From contig OZ024741.1 of NCBI GenBank assembly GCA_964016885.1, positions 262,818,001-262,882,000 on the forward strand: a stretch of DNA of 64,000 bases, in the 5' to 3' direction. Each line of letters starts with the position of its first letter. Position 1 is the first letter of the stretch. The stretch comes from Eledone cirrhosa. Its lineage: Eukaryota. Made by a program: the position numbers and the translations under genes. Positions 25,001 through 39,628 of this stretch are shown here, piece after piece. The notes under the pieces are model-generated. The model saw only the letters and a list, made by a program, of their open reading frames with translations. It was not told the DNA's origin and made no database searches.

Positions 25001-27192
25001 AGTGTTTCGACTTACGAGTGTTTCGACTTACGAGTATTTTGACTTACGAATGATTTGACTTACGGGTGTTTCGGCTTACGAGTGTTTCGACTTACGAGTC
25101 TTTCGGCTTACGAGTGTTTCGACTTACTAATGTTTTTACTTACGAGTGTTTTGGCGTACGAGTGTTTCGACTTCCGAGTGTTTCGACTTACGGGTGTTTT
25201 GACTTACGGGCGTTTCGGCTTACGAGTGTTTTGACTTACGAGTGTTTTGACTTAAGGGTGTTTCGACTTACGAGTATTTTTGGCTTACGAGTGTTTCGAC
25301 TTACGAGTGTTTTGACTTACGAGTGTTCTGATTTACGGATGTTTCGACATACGAGTGTTTTGACTTACGAGTGTTTCGACTTATGAGTGTTTCGACTTAC
25401 GAGTGTTTCGACTTACGAGTGTTTCGGCTTATGATTGTTTCGACTTACGAGTGTTTTGAATTACGGTGTTTCAGCTTACGAGTGTTTCGGCTTACGAGTG
25501 TTTTGACTTACGGGTGTTTTGACATACGAGTGTTTCGATACGAGTGTTCTGACTTACGAGTGTTCTGACTTACGAGTGTTCCGACTTACGAGTGTTCCGA
25601 CTTACGAGTGTTTCGGCTTACGGGTGTTTCCTGCTTACGAGTGTTTCGACTTACGAGTGTTTTGACTTACGGTGTTTCGGCTTACGAGTGATTCGACTTA
25701 CGAGTGTTTCGGCTTATGAGTGTTTCGACTTACTAATGTTTTTACTTACGAGTGTTCTGACTTACGAGTGTTCCGACTTACGAGTGTTCCGACTTACGAG
25801 TGTTTCGGCTTACGAGTGTTTCTGGCTTACGAGTGTTTCGACTTACGAGTGTTTCGACTTACGAGTGTTTTGACTTACGGTGTTTCGACTTACGAGTGAT
25901 TCGACTTACGAGTGTTTTGACTTACGGGTGTTTTGACTTACGGGTGTTGTGAATTACGAGTGTTCCGATTTACGAGTGTTTTGACTTACGGTGTTTCGGC
26001 TTACGAGTGATTCGACTTACGAATGTTTTGACTTACGGGTGTTTCGGCTTGCTAGTGTTTCGACTTACGAGTGTTTCGGCTTATGAGTGTTTCGACTTAC
26101 TACTGTTTTTACTTACGAGTGTTTCGGCGTACGAGTGTTTTGACTTACGAGTGTTTCGACTTACGAGTGTTTCGAATTACGAGTGTTTCGGCTTACGTGA
26201 GATTCGACTTAAGAGTGTTCTGATTTACGAGTGTTCTGACTTGCGGGTGTTCTGATTTACGAGTGTTCCGACTTACGAGTGTTTCGGCTTATGAGTGTTT
26301 CGACTTACGAGTGTTTCGGCTTACGAGTGTTTCGACTTACGAGTGTTTTGACTTACGAATGTTTTGACTTACGGGTGTTTCGGCTTACGAGTGTTTCGAC
26401 TTACGAATGTTTTGACTTACGGGTGTTTCGGCTTACGAGTGTTTCGACTTACGAGTGTTTCGGCTTACGAGTGTTTCGACTTACTAATGTTCTTACTTAC
26501 GAGTGTTTCAGCGTACGAGAGTTTTGACTTACGAGTGTTTCGACTTACGAGTGTTTCGACTTACGAGTGTTTTGACTTACGAAAGTTTTGACTTACGGGT
26601 GTTTCGGCTTACGAGTGTTTCGACTTACGAGTCTTTCGGCTTACGAGTGTTTCGACTTACTAATGTTTTTACTTACGAGTGTTTCGGCGTACGAGTGTTT
26701 CGACTTACGAGTGTTTCGACTTACGGGTGTTTTGACTTACGGGTGTTTCGGCTTACGAGTGTTTTGACTTACGAGTGTTTTGACTTAAGGGTGTTTCGAC
26801 TTACGAGTATTTTTGGCTTACGAGTGTTTCGACTTACGAGTGTTTTGACTTACGAGTGTTCTGATTTACGGATGTTTCGACATACGAGTGTTTCGACTTA
26901 CGAGTGTTTCGACTTATGAGTGTTTCGACTTACGAGTGCTTCGGCTTACGAGTGTTTCGACTTACGAGTATTTCGTCTTAAGAGTGTTTCGACGTACGAA
27001 TGTTTTGGCTTACGAGTGTTTCGGCTTATGAGTGTTTCGGCTTACGAGTGTTTCGACTTACGAGTGTTTCGGCTTACGAGTGTTTTAGTGTTTCGGCTTA
27101 CGTGTGTTTCGACTTACGAGTGTTTCGACTTACGACTGTTTCGGCTTACGAGTGTTTCGGCTTACGAGTGTTTCGGCTTACGAGTGTTTTGA
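22097..27192 (+). repeat. Tandem higher-order duplication, 2 x 2,548 bp (about 22097-24644 and 24645-27192)
   Basis: Identical ORF translations are offset by 2,548 (22262/24810, 22823/25371, 23955/26503, 24372/26920). Rare variants AATGATTTGAC and TTTCAGCGTACG are shared. Confidence 0.92.
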
Positions 27193-30115
27193 CTTACGAG
27201 TGTTTTGACTTACGATTGTTTGGCTTACGAGTGTTCTGACTTACGGGTGTTCTGACTTACGAGTGTTCCAACTTACGAGTGTTTCGGCTTATGAGGGTTT
27301 CGACTTACGAGTGCTTCGGCTTACGAGTGTTTCGACTTACGAGTGTTTCGGATTATGAATGTTTCGACTTACGAGTGTTTCGACTTACGAGTGTTTAGAC
27401 TTACGGTGTTTCGGCTTACGAGTGTTTCGACATACGAGTGTTTTGACGTACGGGTGTTTCGACTTACGGGTCTTTCGACTTAAGAGTGTTTCGACTTACG
27501 AGCGCTTCGACGTACGAGTGTTTCGACTTACGAGTGTTTCGGCGTATGAGTGTTTTGACTTACGAGTGTTTCGACTTACGAGTGTTTCGACTTACGAGTG
27601 TTTCGAATTACGAGTGTTTCGACTTACGAGTGTTTTGACTTACGAGTGTTTTGACTTACGGTGTTTCTGCTTACGAGTGTTTCGACTTACGAGTGTTATG
27701 ACTTACGGGTGTTTTCACATACGAGTGTTTCGACTTACGAGTGTTTTGACTTACGGGTGTTTTGACATACGAGTGTTTCGATACGAGTGTTCTGACTTAC
27801 GAGTGTTCTGACTTACGAGTGTTCTGACTTACGAGTGTTTCGACATACGAGGGTTTTGACTTACGGGTGTTTCGACTTACGAGTGTTTTCACTTACGAAT
27901 GTTTTGACTTACTAATGTTTTTACTTACGAGTGTTTCGGTGTACGAATGTTTTGACTTAAGGATGTTTCGACTTACGAGTGTTTCGGCTTACGTGAGTTT
28001 CGACTTAAGAGTGTTCTGATTTACGAGTGTTCTGACTTGCGGGTGTTCTGATTTACGAGTGTTCCGACTTAAGAGTGTTTCGGCTTATGAGTGTTTCGAC
28101 TTACGAGTGTTTCGGCTTACGAGTGTTTCGACTTATGGGTGTTTCGACTTACGAGTGTTTTTACTTACGGTGTTTCGGCTTACGAGTGTTTCGACATACG
28201 AGTGTTTTGACTTACGGGTGTTTCGACTTACGAGTGTTTCGGCTTACGAGTATTTCGACTTACTAATGTTTTTACTTACGAGTGTTTCGGCGTACGAGAG
28301 TTTTGACTTACGAGTGTTTCGACTTACGGGTGTTTCGGCTTATGAGTGTTTCGACTTACGAGTCTTTCGGCTTACGAGTGTTTCGACTTACTAATGTTTT
28401 TACTTAAGAGTGTTTCGGCGTACGAGTGTTTCGACTTACGAGTGTTTCGACTTACGGGTGTTTTGACTTACCGGTGTTTCGGCTCACGAGTGTTTCGACT
28501 TACGAGTGTTTTGACTTAAGGGTGTTTCGACTTACGAGTATTTTTGGCTTACGAGTGTTTCGACTTACGAGTGTTTCGACTTACGAGTGTTTCGGCTTAT
28601 GGGTGTTTCGACTTACTAATGTTTTTACTTACGAGTGTTTCGGCGTACGAGTGTTTTGACTTACGAGTGTTTCGACTTACGAGTGTTTCGACTTACGAGT
28701 GTTTCGGCTTACGTGAGTTTCGACTTAAGAGTGTTCTGATTTATGAGTGTTCTGACTTGCGGGTGTTCTGATTTACGAGTGTTCCGACTTACGAGTGTTT
28801 CGGCTTATTAGTGTTTCGACTTACGAGTGTTTCGGCTTACGAGTGTTTCGACTTATGGGTGTTTCGACTTACGAGTGTTTTTACTTACGGTGTTTCGGCT
28901 TACGAGTGTTTCGACATACGAGTGTTTTGACTTACGGGTGTTTCGACTTACGAGTGTTTTGACTTACGAATGTTTTGACTTACGGGTGTTTCGGCTTACG
29001 AGTGTTTCGACTTACGAGTGTTTCGGCTTACGAGTGTTTCGACTTACTAATGTTCTTACTTACGAGTGTATCGACTTACGGGTGTTTTGACTTACGGGTG
29101 TTTTGACTTACGGGTGTTTCGGCTTACGAGTGTTTCGACTTACGAGTCTTTCGACTTCCGAGTGTTTCGACTTATGAGTGTTTCGACTTACGAGTGTTTC
29201 GACTTACGAGTGTTTCGGCTTATGATTGTTTCGACTTACGAGTGTTTTGACTTACGGTGTTTCAGCTTACGAGTGTTTCGACATACGAGTGTTTTGACTT
29301 ACGGGTGTTTTGACATACGAGTGTTTCGATACGAGTGTTCTGACTTACGAGTGTTCTGACTTACGAGTGTTTTGACTTACGAGTGTTCTGACTTACGAGT
29401 GTTCCGACTTACGAGTGTTCCGACTTACGAGTGTTTCGGCTTACGAGTGTTTCCGGCTTACGAGTGTTTCGACTTACGAGTGTTTTGACTTACGGTGTTT
29501 CGGCTTACGAGTGATTCGACTTACGAGTGTTTTGACTTACGGGTGTTTTGACTTACGGGTGTTGTGAATTACGAGTGTTCCGATTTACGAGTGTTTTGAC
29601 TTACGGTGTTTCGGCTTACGAGTGATTCGACTTACGAATGTCTTGACTTACGGGTGTTTCGGCTTGCGAGTGTTTCGACTTACGAGTGTTTCGGCTTATG
29701 AGTGTTTCGACTTACGAATGTTTTTACTTACGAGTGTTCTGACTTACGAGTGTTCTGACTTACGAGTGTTCTGACTTACGAGTGTTCTGATTTACGAGTG
29801 TTCCGAATTACGAGTGTTTCGGCTTACGAGTGTTTCGGCTTACGAGTGTTTCGACTTACGAGTGTTTCGACTTACGAGTGTTCCGACTTACGGGTGTTTC
29901 GACTTACGAGTTGTTTGGCTTACGGTGTTTCGGCTTACGAGTGTTTCGAGTTACGAGTGTTTTGACTTACGCGTGTTTTGACATACGAGTGTTTCGATAC
30001 GAGTGTTCTGACTTACGAGTGTTTTGACTTACGAGTGTTCTGACTTACGAGTGTTCCGACTTTACGAGTGTTTCGGCTCACGAGTGTTTCGGCTTACGAG
30101 TGTTTCGACTTACGA

Positions 30116-30184
30116 AAATAACAAATAGACGCGGTTTCAAATTTCTATGATTTTCAAATTCATTACATTAATCTTTATTTATAC
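30116..30184. repeat. 69-bp AT-rich element, copy 3
   Basis: Identical by eye to copy 2. Confidence 0.97.
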
Positions 30185-33100
30185 GTTTCGCTTTACGAGT
30201 GTTTCGACTTACGAGTGTTTCGACATACGAGTGTTTCGACTTCCGAATGTTTTTGCTTAAGGGTGTTTCGACTTACGAATGTTTCGGCTTACGAGTGTTT
30301 CGGCTTACGAGTCTTCCGACTTAGGAGTGTTTCGGCTTACGAGTGTTTCCGGCTTACGAGTGTTTCGACTTACGAGTGTTTCGACTTTCGAGTGTTTTGA
30401 CTTACGGTGTTTCGGCTTACGAGTGATTCGACTTACGAGTGTTTTGACTTACGTGTGTTTTGACTTACGGGTGTTGTGAATTACCAGTGTTCCGATTTAC
30501 GAGTGTTTTGACTTACGGTGTTTCGGCTTGCGAGTGTTTCGACTTACGAGTGTTTCGGCTTATGAGTGTTTCGACTTACTAATGTTTTTACTTACGAGTG
30601 TTTCGGCGTTCGAGTGTTTTGACTTACGAGTGTTTCGACTTACGAGTGTTTTGACTTACGAATGTTTTGACTTACGGGTGTTTCGGCTTATGAGTGTTTC
30701 GACTTACGAGTGTTCTGACTTACGAGTGTTCTGACTTACGAGTGTTCCGACTTACGAGTGTTTCGGTTTACGAGTGTTTCGACATACGAGTGTTTTGACT
30801 TACGGGTGTTTCGACTTACGGGTGTTTCGACTTACGAGTGTTTTGGCTTACGAGTGTTTCGACTTACTAATGTTTTTACTTACGAGTGTTTCGGTGTACG
30901 AATGTTTTGACTTAAGGATGTTTCGACTTACGAGTGTTTCGACTTACGAGTGTTTCGGCTTACGTGAGTTTCGACTTAAGAGTGTTCTGATTTACGAGTG
31001 TTCTGACTTGCGGGTGTTCTGATTTACGAGTGTTCCGACTTACGAGTGTTTCGGCTTATGAGTGTTTCGACTTACGAGTGTTTCGGCTTACGAGTGTTTC
31101 GAGTTATGGGTGTTTCGACTTAAGAGTGTTTTTACTTACGGTGTTTCGGCTTACGAGTGTTTCGACATACGAGTGTTTTGACTTACGGGTGTTTCGGCTT
31201 ACGAGTGTTTCGACTTACGAGTGTTTCGGCTTACGAGTGTTTCGACTTACTAATGTTTTTACTTACGAGTGTTTCGGCGTACGAGAGTTTTGACTTTCGA
31301 GTGTTTCGACTTACGAGTGTTTTGACTTACGGGTGTTTCGGCTTATGAGTGTTTCTACTTACGAGTCTTTCGGCTTACGATTGTTTCGACTTACTAATGT
31401 TTTTACTTACGAGTGTTTCGGCGTACGACTGTTTCGACTTACGAGTGTTTCGACTTACGGGTGTTTTGACTTACGGGTGTTTCGGCTTACGAGTGTTTCG
31501 ACTTACGAGTGTTTTGAATTACGGGTGTTTCGACTTACGAGTATTTTTGGCTTACGAGTGTTTCGACTTACGAGTGTTTTGACTTACGAGTGTTCTGATT
31601 TACGGATGTTTCGACATACGAGTGTTTCGGCTTACGAGTGTTTCGACTTACGAGTGTTTTGACTTACGGGTGTTTCGACTTACGAGTATTTTTGGCTTAC
31701 GAGTGTTTTGACTTACGAGTGTTTCGACTTACGAGTGTTTCGACTTACGAGTGTTTCGAATTACGAGTGTTTCGACTTACGAGTGTTTTGACTTACGAGT
31801 GTTTTGACTTACGGTGTTTCTGCTTACGAGTGTTTCGACTTACGAGTGTTATGACTTACGGGTGTTTTCACATACGAGTGTTTCGACTTACGAGTGTTTT
31901 GACTTACGGGTGTTTTGACATACGAGTGTTTCGATACGAGTGTTCTGACTTACGAGTGTTCTGACTTACGAGTGTTCTGACTTACGAGTGTTTCGACATA
32001 CGAGGGTTTTGACTTACGGGTGTTTCGACTTACGAGTGTTTTCACTTACGAATGTTTTGACTTACGGGTGTTTCGGCTTACGAGTGTTTCGACTTACGAG
32101 TGTTTCGACTTACTAATATTTTTACTTACGAGTGTTTCGGCGTACGAGAGTTTTGACTTACGAGTGTTTCGACTTACGAGTGTTTCGACTGACGTGTATT
32201 TTGACTTACGAATGTTTTGACTTACGGGTGTTTCGGCTTACGAGTGTTTCGACTTACGAGTCTTTCGGCTTACGAGTGTTTCGACTTACTAATGTTTTTA
32301 CTTACGAGTGTTTCGGCGTACGAGTGTTTCGACTTCCGAGTGTTTCGACTTACGGGTGTTTTGACTTACGGGTGTTTCGGCTTACGAGTGTTTTGACTTA
32401 CGAGTGTTTTGACTTAAGGGTGTTTCGACTTACGAGTATTTTTGGCTTACGAGTGTTTCGACTTACGAGTGTTTTGACTTACGAGTGTTCTGATTTACGG
32501 ATGTTTCGACATACGAGTGTTTTGACTTACGAGTGTTTCGACTTATGAGTGTTTCGACTTACGAGTGTTTCGACTTACGAGTGTTTCGGCTTATGATTGT
32601 TTCGACTTACGAGTGTTTTGAATTACGGTGTTTCAGCTTACGAGTGTTTCGGCTTACGAGTGTTTTGACTTACGGGTGTTTTGACATACGAGTGTTTCGA
32701 TACGAGTGTTCTGACTTACGAGTGTTCTGACTTACGAGTGTTCCGACTTACGAGTGTTCCGACTTACGAGTGTTTCGGCTTACGGGTGTTTCCTGCTTAC
32801 GAGTGTTTCGACTTACGAGTGTTTTGACTTACGGTGTTTCGGCTTACGAGTGATTCGACTTACGAGTGTTTTGACTTACGGGTGTTTTGACTTACGGGTG
32901 TTGTGAATTACGAGTGTTCCGATTTACGAGTGTTTTGACTTACGGTGTTTCGGCTTACGAGTGATTCGACTTACGAATGTTTTGACTTACGGGTGTTTCG
33001 GCTTGCGAGTGTTTCGACTTACGAGTGTTTCGGCTTATGAGTGTTTCGACTTACTAATGTTTTTACTTACGAGTGTTCTGACTTACGAGTGTTCCGACTT

Positions 33101-36100
33101 ACGAGTGTTCCGACTTACGAGTGTTTCGGCTTACGAGTGTTTCTGGCTTACGAGTGTTTCGACTTACGAGTGTTTCGACTTACGAGTGTTTTGACTTACG
33201 GTGTTTCGACTTACGAGTGATTCGACTTACGAGTGTTTTTTAACTTACGGGTGTTTTGACTTACGGGTGTTGTGAATTACGAGTGTTCCGATTTACGAGT
33301 GTTTTGACTTACGGTGTTTCGGCTTACGAGTGATTCGACTTACGAATGTTTTGACTTACGGGTGTTTCGGCTTGCTAGTGTTTCGACTTACGAGTGTTTC
33401 GGCTTATGAGTGTTTCGACTTACTACTGTTTTTACTTACGAGTGTTTCGGCGTACGAGTGTTTTGACTTACGAGTGTTTCGACTTACGAGTGTTTCGAAT
33501 TACGAGTGTTTCGGCTTACGTGAGATTCGACTTAAGAGTGTTCTGATTTACGAGTGTTCTGACTTGCGGGTGTTCTGATTTACGAGTGTTCCGACTTACG
33601 AGTGTTTCGGCTTATGAGTGTTTCGACTTACGAGTGTTTCGGCTTACGAGTGTTTCGACTTATGGGTGTTTCGACATACGAGTGTTTTGACTTACGGGTG
33701 CTTCGACTTACGAGTGTTTTGACTTACGAATGTTTTGACTTACGGGTGTTTCGGCTTACGAGTGTTTCGACTTACGAGTGTTTCGGCTTACGAGTGTTTC
33801 GACTTACTAATGTTCTTACTTACGAGTGTTTCGGCGTACGAGAGTTTTGACTTACGAGTGTTTCGACTTACGAGTGTTTCGACTTACGAGTGTTTTGACT
33901 TACGAAAGTTTTGACTTACGGGTGTTTCGGCTTACGAGTGTTTCGACTTACGAGTCTTTCGGCTTACGAGTGTTTCGACTTACTAATGTTTTTACTTACG
34001 AGTGTTTCGGCGTACGAGTGTTTCGACTTACGAGTGTTTCGACTTACGGGTGTTTTGACTTACGGGTGTTTCGGCTTACGAGTGTTTTGACTTACGAGTG
34101 TTTTGACTTAAGGGTGTTTCGACTTACGAGTATTTTTGGCTTACGAGTGTTTCGACTTACGAGTGTTTTGACTTACGAGTGTTCTGATTTACGGATGTTT
34201 CGACATACGAGTGTTTCGACTTACGAGTGTTTCGACTTATGAGTGTTTCGACTTACGAGTGCTTCGGCTTACGAGTGTTTCGACTTACGAGTATTTCGTC
34301 TTAAGAGTGTTTCGACGTACGAATGTTTTGGCTTACGAGTGTTTCGGCTTATGAGTGTTTCGGCTTACGAGTGTTTCGACTTACGAGTGTTTCGGCTTAC
34401 GAGTGTTTCAGTGTTTCGGCTTACGTGTGTTTCGACTTACGAGTGTTTCGACTTACGACTGTTTCGGCTTACGAGTGTTTCGGCTTACGAGTGTTTCGGC
34501 TTACGAGTGTTTTGACTTACGAGTGTTTTGACTTACGATTGTTTGGCTTACGAGTGTTCTGACTTACGGGTGTTCTGACTTACGAGTGTTCCGACTTACG
34601 AGTGTTTCGGCTTATGAGGGTTTCGACTTACGAGTGCTTCGGCTTACGAGTGTTTCGACTTACGAGTGTTCGGATTACGAATGTTTCGACTTACGAGTGT
34701 TTCGACTTACGAGTGTTTTGACTTACGGTGTTTCGGCTTACGAGTGTTTCGACATACGAGTGTTTTGACGTACGGGTGTTTCGACTTACGGGTCTTTCGA
34801 CTTAAGAGTGTTTCGACTTAAGAGCGCTTCGACTTACGAGTGTTTCGATACGAGTGTTTCGGCGTATGAGTGTTTTGACTTACGAGTGTTTCGACTTACG
34901 AGTGTTTCGACTTACGAGTGTTTCGAATTACGAGTGTTTCGACTTACGAGTGTTTTGACTTACGAGTGTTTTGACTTACGGTGTTTCTGCTTACGAGTGT
35001 TTCGACTTACGAGTGTTATGACTTACGGGTGTTTTCACATACGAGTGTTTCGACTTACGAGTGTTTTGACTTACGGGTGTTTTGACATACGAGTGTTTCG
35101 ATACGAGTGTTCTGACTTACGAGTGTTCTGACTTACGAGTGTTCTGACTTACGAGTGTTTCGACATACGAGGGTTTTGACTTACGGGTGTTTCGACTTAC
35201 GAGTGTTTTCACTTACGAATGTTTTGACTTACGGGTGTTTCGGCTTACGAGTGTTTCGACTTACTAATAATTTTACTTACGAGTGTTTCGGCGTACGAGA
35301 GTTTTGACTTACGAGTGTTTCGACTTTCGAGTGTTTCGACTTACGAGTATTTTGACTTACGAATGTTTTGACTTACGGGTGTTTCGGCTTACGAGTTTTT
35401 CGACTTACGAGTCTTTCGGCTTACGAGTGTTTCGACTTACTAATGTTTTTACTTACGTGTGTTTCGGCGTACAAGTGTTTCGACTTCCGAGTGTTTCGAC
35501 TTACGGGTGTTTTGACTTACGGGTGTTTCGGCATACGAGTGTTTTGACTTACGAGTGTTTTGACTTAAGGGTGTTTCGACTTACGAGTATTTTTGGCTTA
35601 CGAGTGTTTCGACTTACGAGTGTTTTGACTTACGAGTGTTCTGATTTACGGATGTTTCGACATACGAGTGTTTCGACTTACGAGTGTTTCGACTTATGAT
35701 TGTTTCGACTTACGAGTGTTTTGACTTACGGTGTTTCAGCTTACGAGTGTTTCGACTTACGAGTGTTTTGACTTACGGGTGTTTTGACATACGAGTGTTT
35801 CGATACGAGTGTTCTGACTTACGAGTGTTCTGACTTACGAGTGTTCTGACTTACGAGTGTTCCGACTTACGAGTGTTCCGACTTACGAGTGTTTCGGCTT
35901 ACGAGTGTTTCCGGCTTACGAGTGTTTCAACTTACGAGTGTTTCGGCTTACGTGAGTTTCGACTTAAGAGTGTTCTGATTTACGAGTGTTCTGACTTGCG
36001 GGTGTTCTGATTTACGAGTGTTCCGACTTACGAGTGTTTCGGCTTATGAGTGTTTCGACTTACGAGTGTTTCGGCTTACGAGTGTTTCGACTTATGGGTG

Positions 36101-38001
36101 TTTCGACTTAAGAGTGTTTTTACTTACGGTGTTTCGGCTTACGAGTGTTTCGACATACGAGTGTTTTGACTTACGGGTGTTTCGGCTTACGAGTGTTTCG
36201 ACTTACGAGTGTTTCGGCTTACGAGTGTTTCGACTTACTAATGTTTTTACTTACGAGTGTTTCGGCGTACGAGAGTTTTGACTTTCGAGTGTTTCGACTT
36301 ACGAGTGTTTTGACTTACGGGTGTTTCGGCTTATGAGTGTTTCTACTTACGAGTCTTTCGGCTTACGAGTGTTTCGACTTACTAATGTTTTTACTTACGA
36401 GTGTTTCGGCGTACGACTGTTTCGACTTACGAGTGTTTCGACTTACGGGTGTTTTGACTTACGGGTGTTTCGGCTTACGAGTGTTTCGACTTACGAGTGT
36501 TTTGACTTACGGGTGTTTCGACTTACGAGTATTTTTGGCTTACGAGTGTTTCGACTTACGAGTGTTTTGACTTACGAGTGTTCTGATTTACGGATGTTTC
36601 GACATACGAGTGTTTCGGCTTACGAGTGTTTCGACTTACGAGTGTTTTGACTTACGGGTGTTTCGACTTACGAGTATTTTTGGCTTACGAGTGTTTTGAC
36701 TTACGAGTGTTTCGACTTACGAGTGTTTCGACTTACGAGTGTTTCGAATTACGAGTGTTTCGACTTACGAGTGTTTTGACTTACGAGTGTTTTGACTTAC
36801 GGTGTTTCTGCTTACGAGTGTTTCGACTTACGAGTGTTATGACTTACGGGTGTTTTCACATACGAGTGTTTCGACTTACGAGTGTTTTGACTTACGGGTG
36901 TTTTGACATACGAGTGTTTCGATACGAGTGTTCTGACTTACGAGTGTTCTGACTTACGAGTGTTCTGACTTACGAGTGTTTCGACATACGAGGGTTTTGA
37001 CTTACGGGTGTTTCGACTTACGAGTGTTTTCACTTACGAATGTTTTGACTTACGGGTGTTTCGGCTTACGAGTGTTTCGACTTACGAGTGTTTCGACTTA
37101 CTAATATTTTTACTTACGAGTGTTTCGGCGTACGAGAGTTTTGACTTACGAGTGTTTCGACTTACGAGTGTTTCGACTTACGAGTATTTTGACTTACGAA
37201 TGTTTTGACTTACGGGTGTTTCGGCTTACGAGTGTTTCGACTTACGAGTCTTTCGGCTTACGAGTGTTTCGACTTACTAATGTTTTTACTTACGAGTGTT
37301 TCGGCGTACGAGTGTTTCGACTTCCGAGTGTTTCGACTTACGGGTGTTTTGACTTAAGGGTGTTTCGACTTACAAGTGTTTCGACTTACGAGTGTTTCGA
37401 CTTACGAGTGTTCTGACTTACGAGTGTTCTGATTTACGGATGTTTCGACATACGAGTGTTTCGACTTACGAGTGTTTCGACTTACGAGTGTTTTGACTTA
37501 CGGGTGTTTTGTTCGGCTTACGAGTGATTCGACTTACGAATGTCTTGACTTACGGGTGTTTCGGCTTGCGAGTGTTTCGACTTACGAGTGTTTCGGCTTA
37601 TGAGTGTTTCGACTTACGAATGTTTTTACTTACGAGTGTTCTGACTTACGAGTGTTCTGACTTACGAGTGTTCTGATTTACGAGTGTTCCGACTTACGAG
37701 TGTTTCGGCTTACGAGTGTTTCGGCTTACGAGTGTTTCGACTTACGAGTGTTTCGACTTACGAGTGTTCCGACTTACGGGTGTTTCGACTTACGAGTTGT
37801 TTGGCTTACGGTGTTTCGGCTTACGAGTGTTTCGAGTTACGAGTGTTTTGACTTACGCGTGTTTTGACATACGAGTGTTTCGATACGAGTGTTCTGACTT
37901 ACGAGTGTTTTGACTTACGAGTGTTCTAACTTACGAGTGTTCCGACTTTACGAGTGTTTCGGCTCACGAGTGTTTCGGCTTACGAGTGTTTCGACTTACG
38001 A

Positions 38002-38070
38002 AAATAACAAATAGACGCGGTTTCAAATTTCTATGATTTTCAAATTCATTACATTAATCTTTATTTATAC
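38002..38070. repeat. 69-bp AT-rich element, copy 4
   Basis: Identical by eye to copy 2. Confidence 0.97.
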
Positions 38071-39628
38071 GTTTCGCTTTACGAGTGTTTCGACTTACGA
38101 GTGTTTCGACATACGAGTGTTTCGACTTCCGAATGTTTTTGCTTAAGGGTGTTTCGACTTACGAATGTTTCGGCTTACGAGTGTTTCGGCTTACGAGTCT
38201 TCCGACTTAGGAGTGTTTCGGCTTACGAGTGTTTCCGGCTTACGAGTGTTTCGACTTACGAGTGTTTCGACTTTCGAGTGTTTTGACTTACGGTGTTTCG
38301 GCTTACGAGTGATTAGACTTACGAGTGTTTTGACTTACGTGTGTTTTGACTTACGGGTGTTGTGAATTACCAGTGTTCCGATTTACGAGTGTTTTGACTT
38401 ACGGTGTTTCGGCTTGCGAGTGTTTCGACTTACGAGTGTTTCGGCTTACGAGTGTTTTGACTTACGAATGTTTTGACTTACGGGTGTTTCGGCTTACGGG
38501 TGTTTCGACTTACGAGTGTTCTGACTTACGAGTGTTCTGACTTACGAGTGTTCCGACTTACGAGTGTTTCGGTTTACGAGTGTTTCGACATACGAGTGTT
38601 TTGACTTACGGGTGTTTCGACTTACGGGTGTTTCGACTTACGAGTGTTTTGGCTTACGAGTGTTTCGACTTACTAATGTTTTTACTTACGAGTGTTTCGG
38701 TGTACGAATGTTTTGACTTAAGGATGTTTCGACTTACGAGTGTTTCGACTTACGAGTGTTTCGGCTTACGTGAGTTTCGACTTAAGAGTGTTCTGATTTA
38801 CGAGTGTTCTGACTTGCGGGTGTTCTGATTTACGAGTGTTCCGACTTACGAGTGTTTCGGCTTATGAGTGTTTCGACTTACGAGTGTTTCGGCTTACGAG
38901 TGTTTCGACTTATGGGTGTTTCGACTTAAGAGTGTTTTTACTTACGGTGTTTCGGCTTACGAGTGTTTCGACATACGAGTGTTTTGACTTACGGGTGTTT
39001 CGGCTTACGAGTGTTTCGACTTACGAGTGTTTCGGCTTACGAGTGTTTCGACTTACTAATGTTTTTACTTACGAGTGTTTCGGCGTACGAGAGTTTTGAC
39101 TTTCGAGTGTTTCGACTTACGAGTGTTTTGACTTACGGGTGTTTCGGCTTATGAGTGTTTCTACTTACGAGTCTTTCGGCTTACGAGTGTTTCGACTTAC
39201 TAATGTTTTTACTTACGAGTGTTTCGGCGTACGACTGTTTCGACTTACGAGTGTTTCGACTTACGGGTGTTTTGACTTACGGGTGTTTCGGCTTACGAGT
39301 GTTTCGACTTACGAGTGTTTTGACTTACGGGTGTTTCGACTTTCGAGTATTTTTGGCTTACGAGTGTTTCGACTTACGAGTGTTTTGACTTACGAGTGTT
39401 CTGATTTACGGATGTTTCGACATACGAGTGTTTCGGCTTACGAGTGTTTCGACTTACGAGTGTTTTGACTTACGGGTGTTTCGACTTACGAGTATTTTTG
39501 GCTTACGAGTGTTTTGACTTACGAGTGTTTCGACTTACGAGTGTTTCGACTTACGAGTGTTTCGAATTACGAGTGTTTCGACTTACGAGTGTTTTGACTT
39601 ACGAGTGTTTTGACTTACGGTGTTTCTG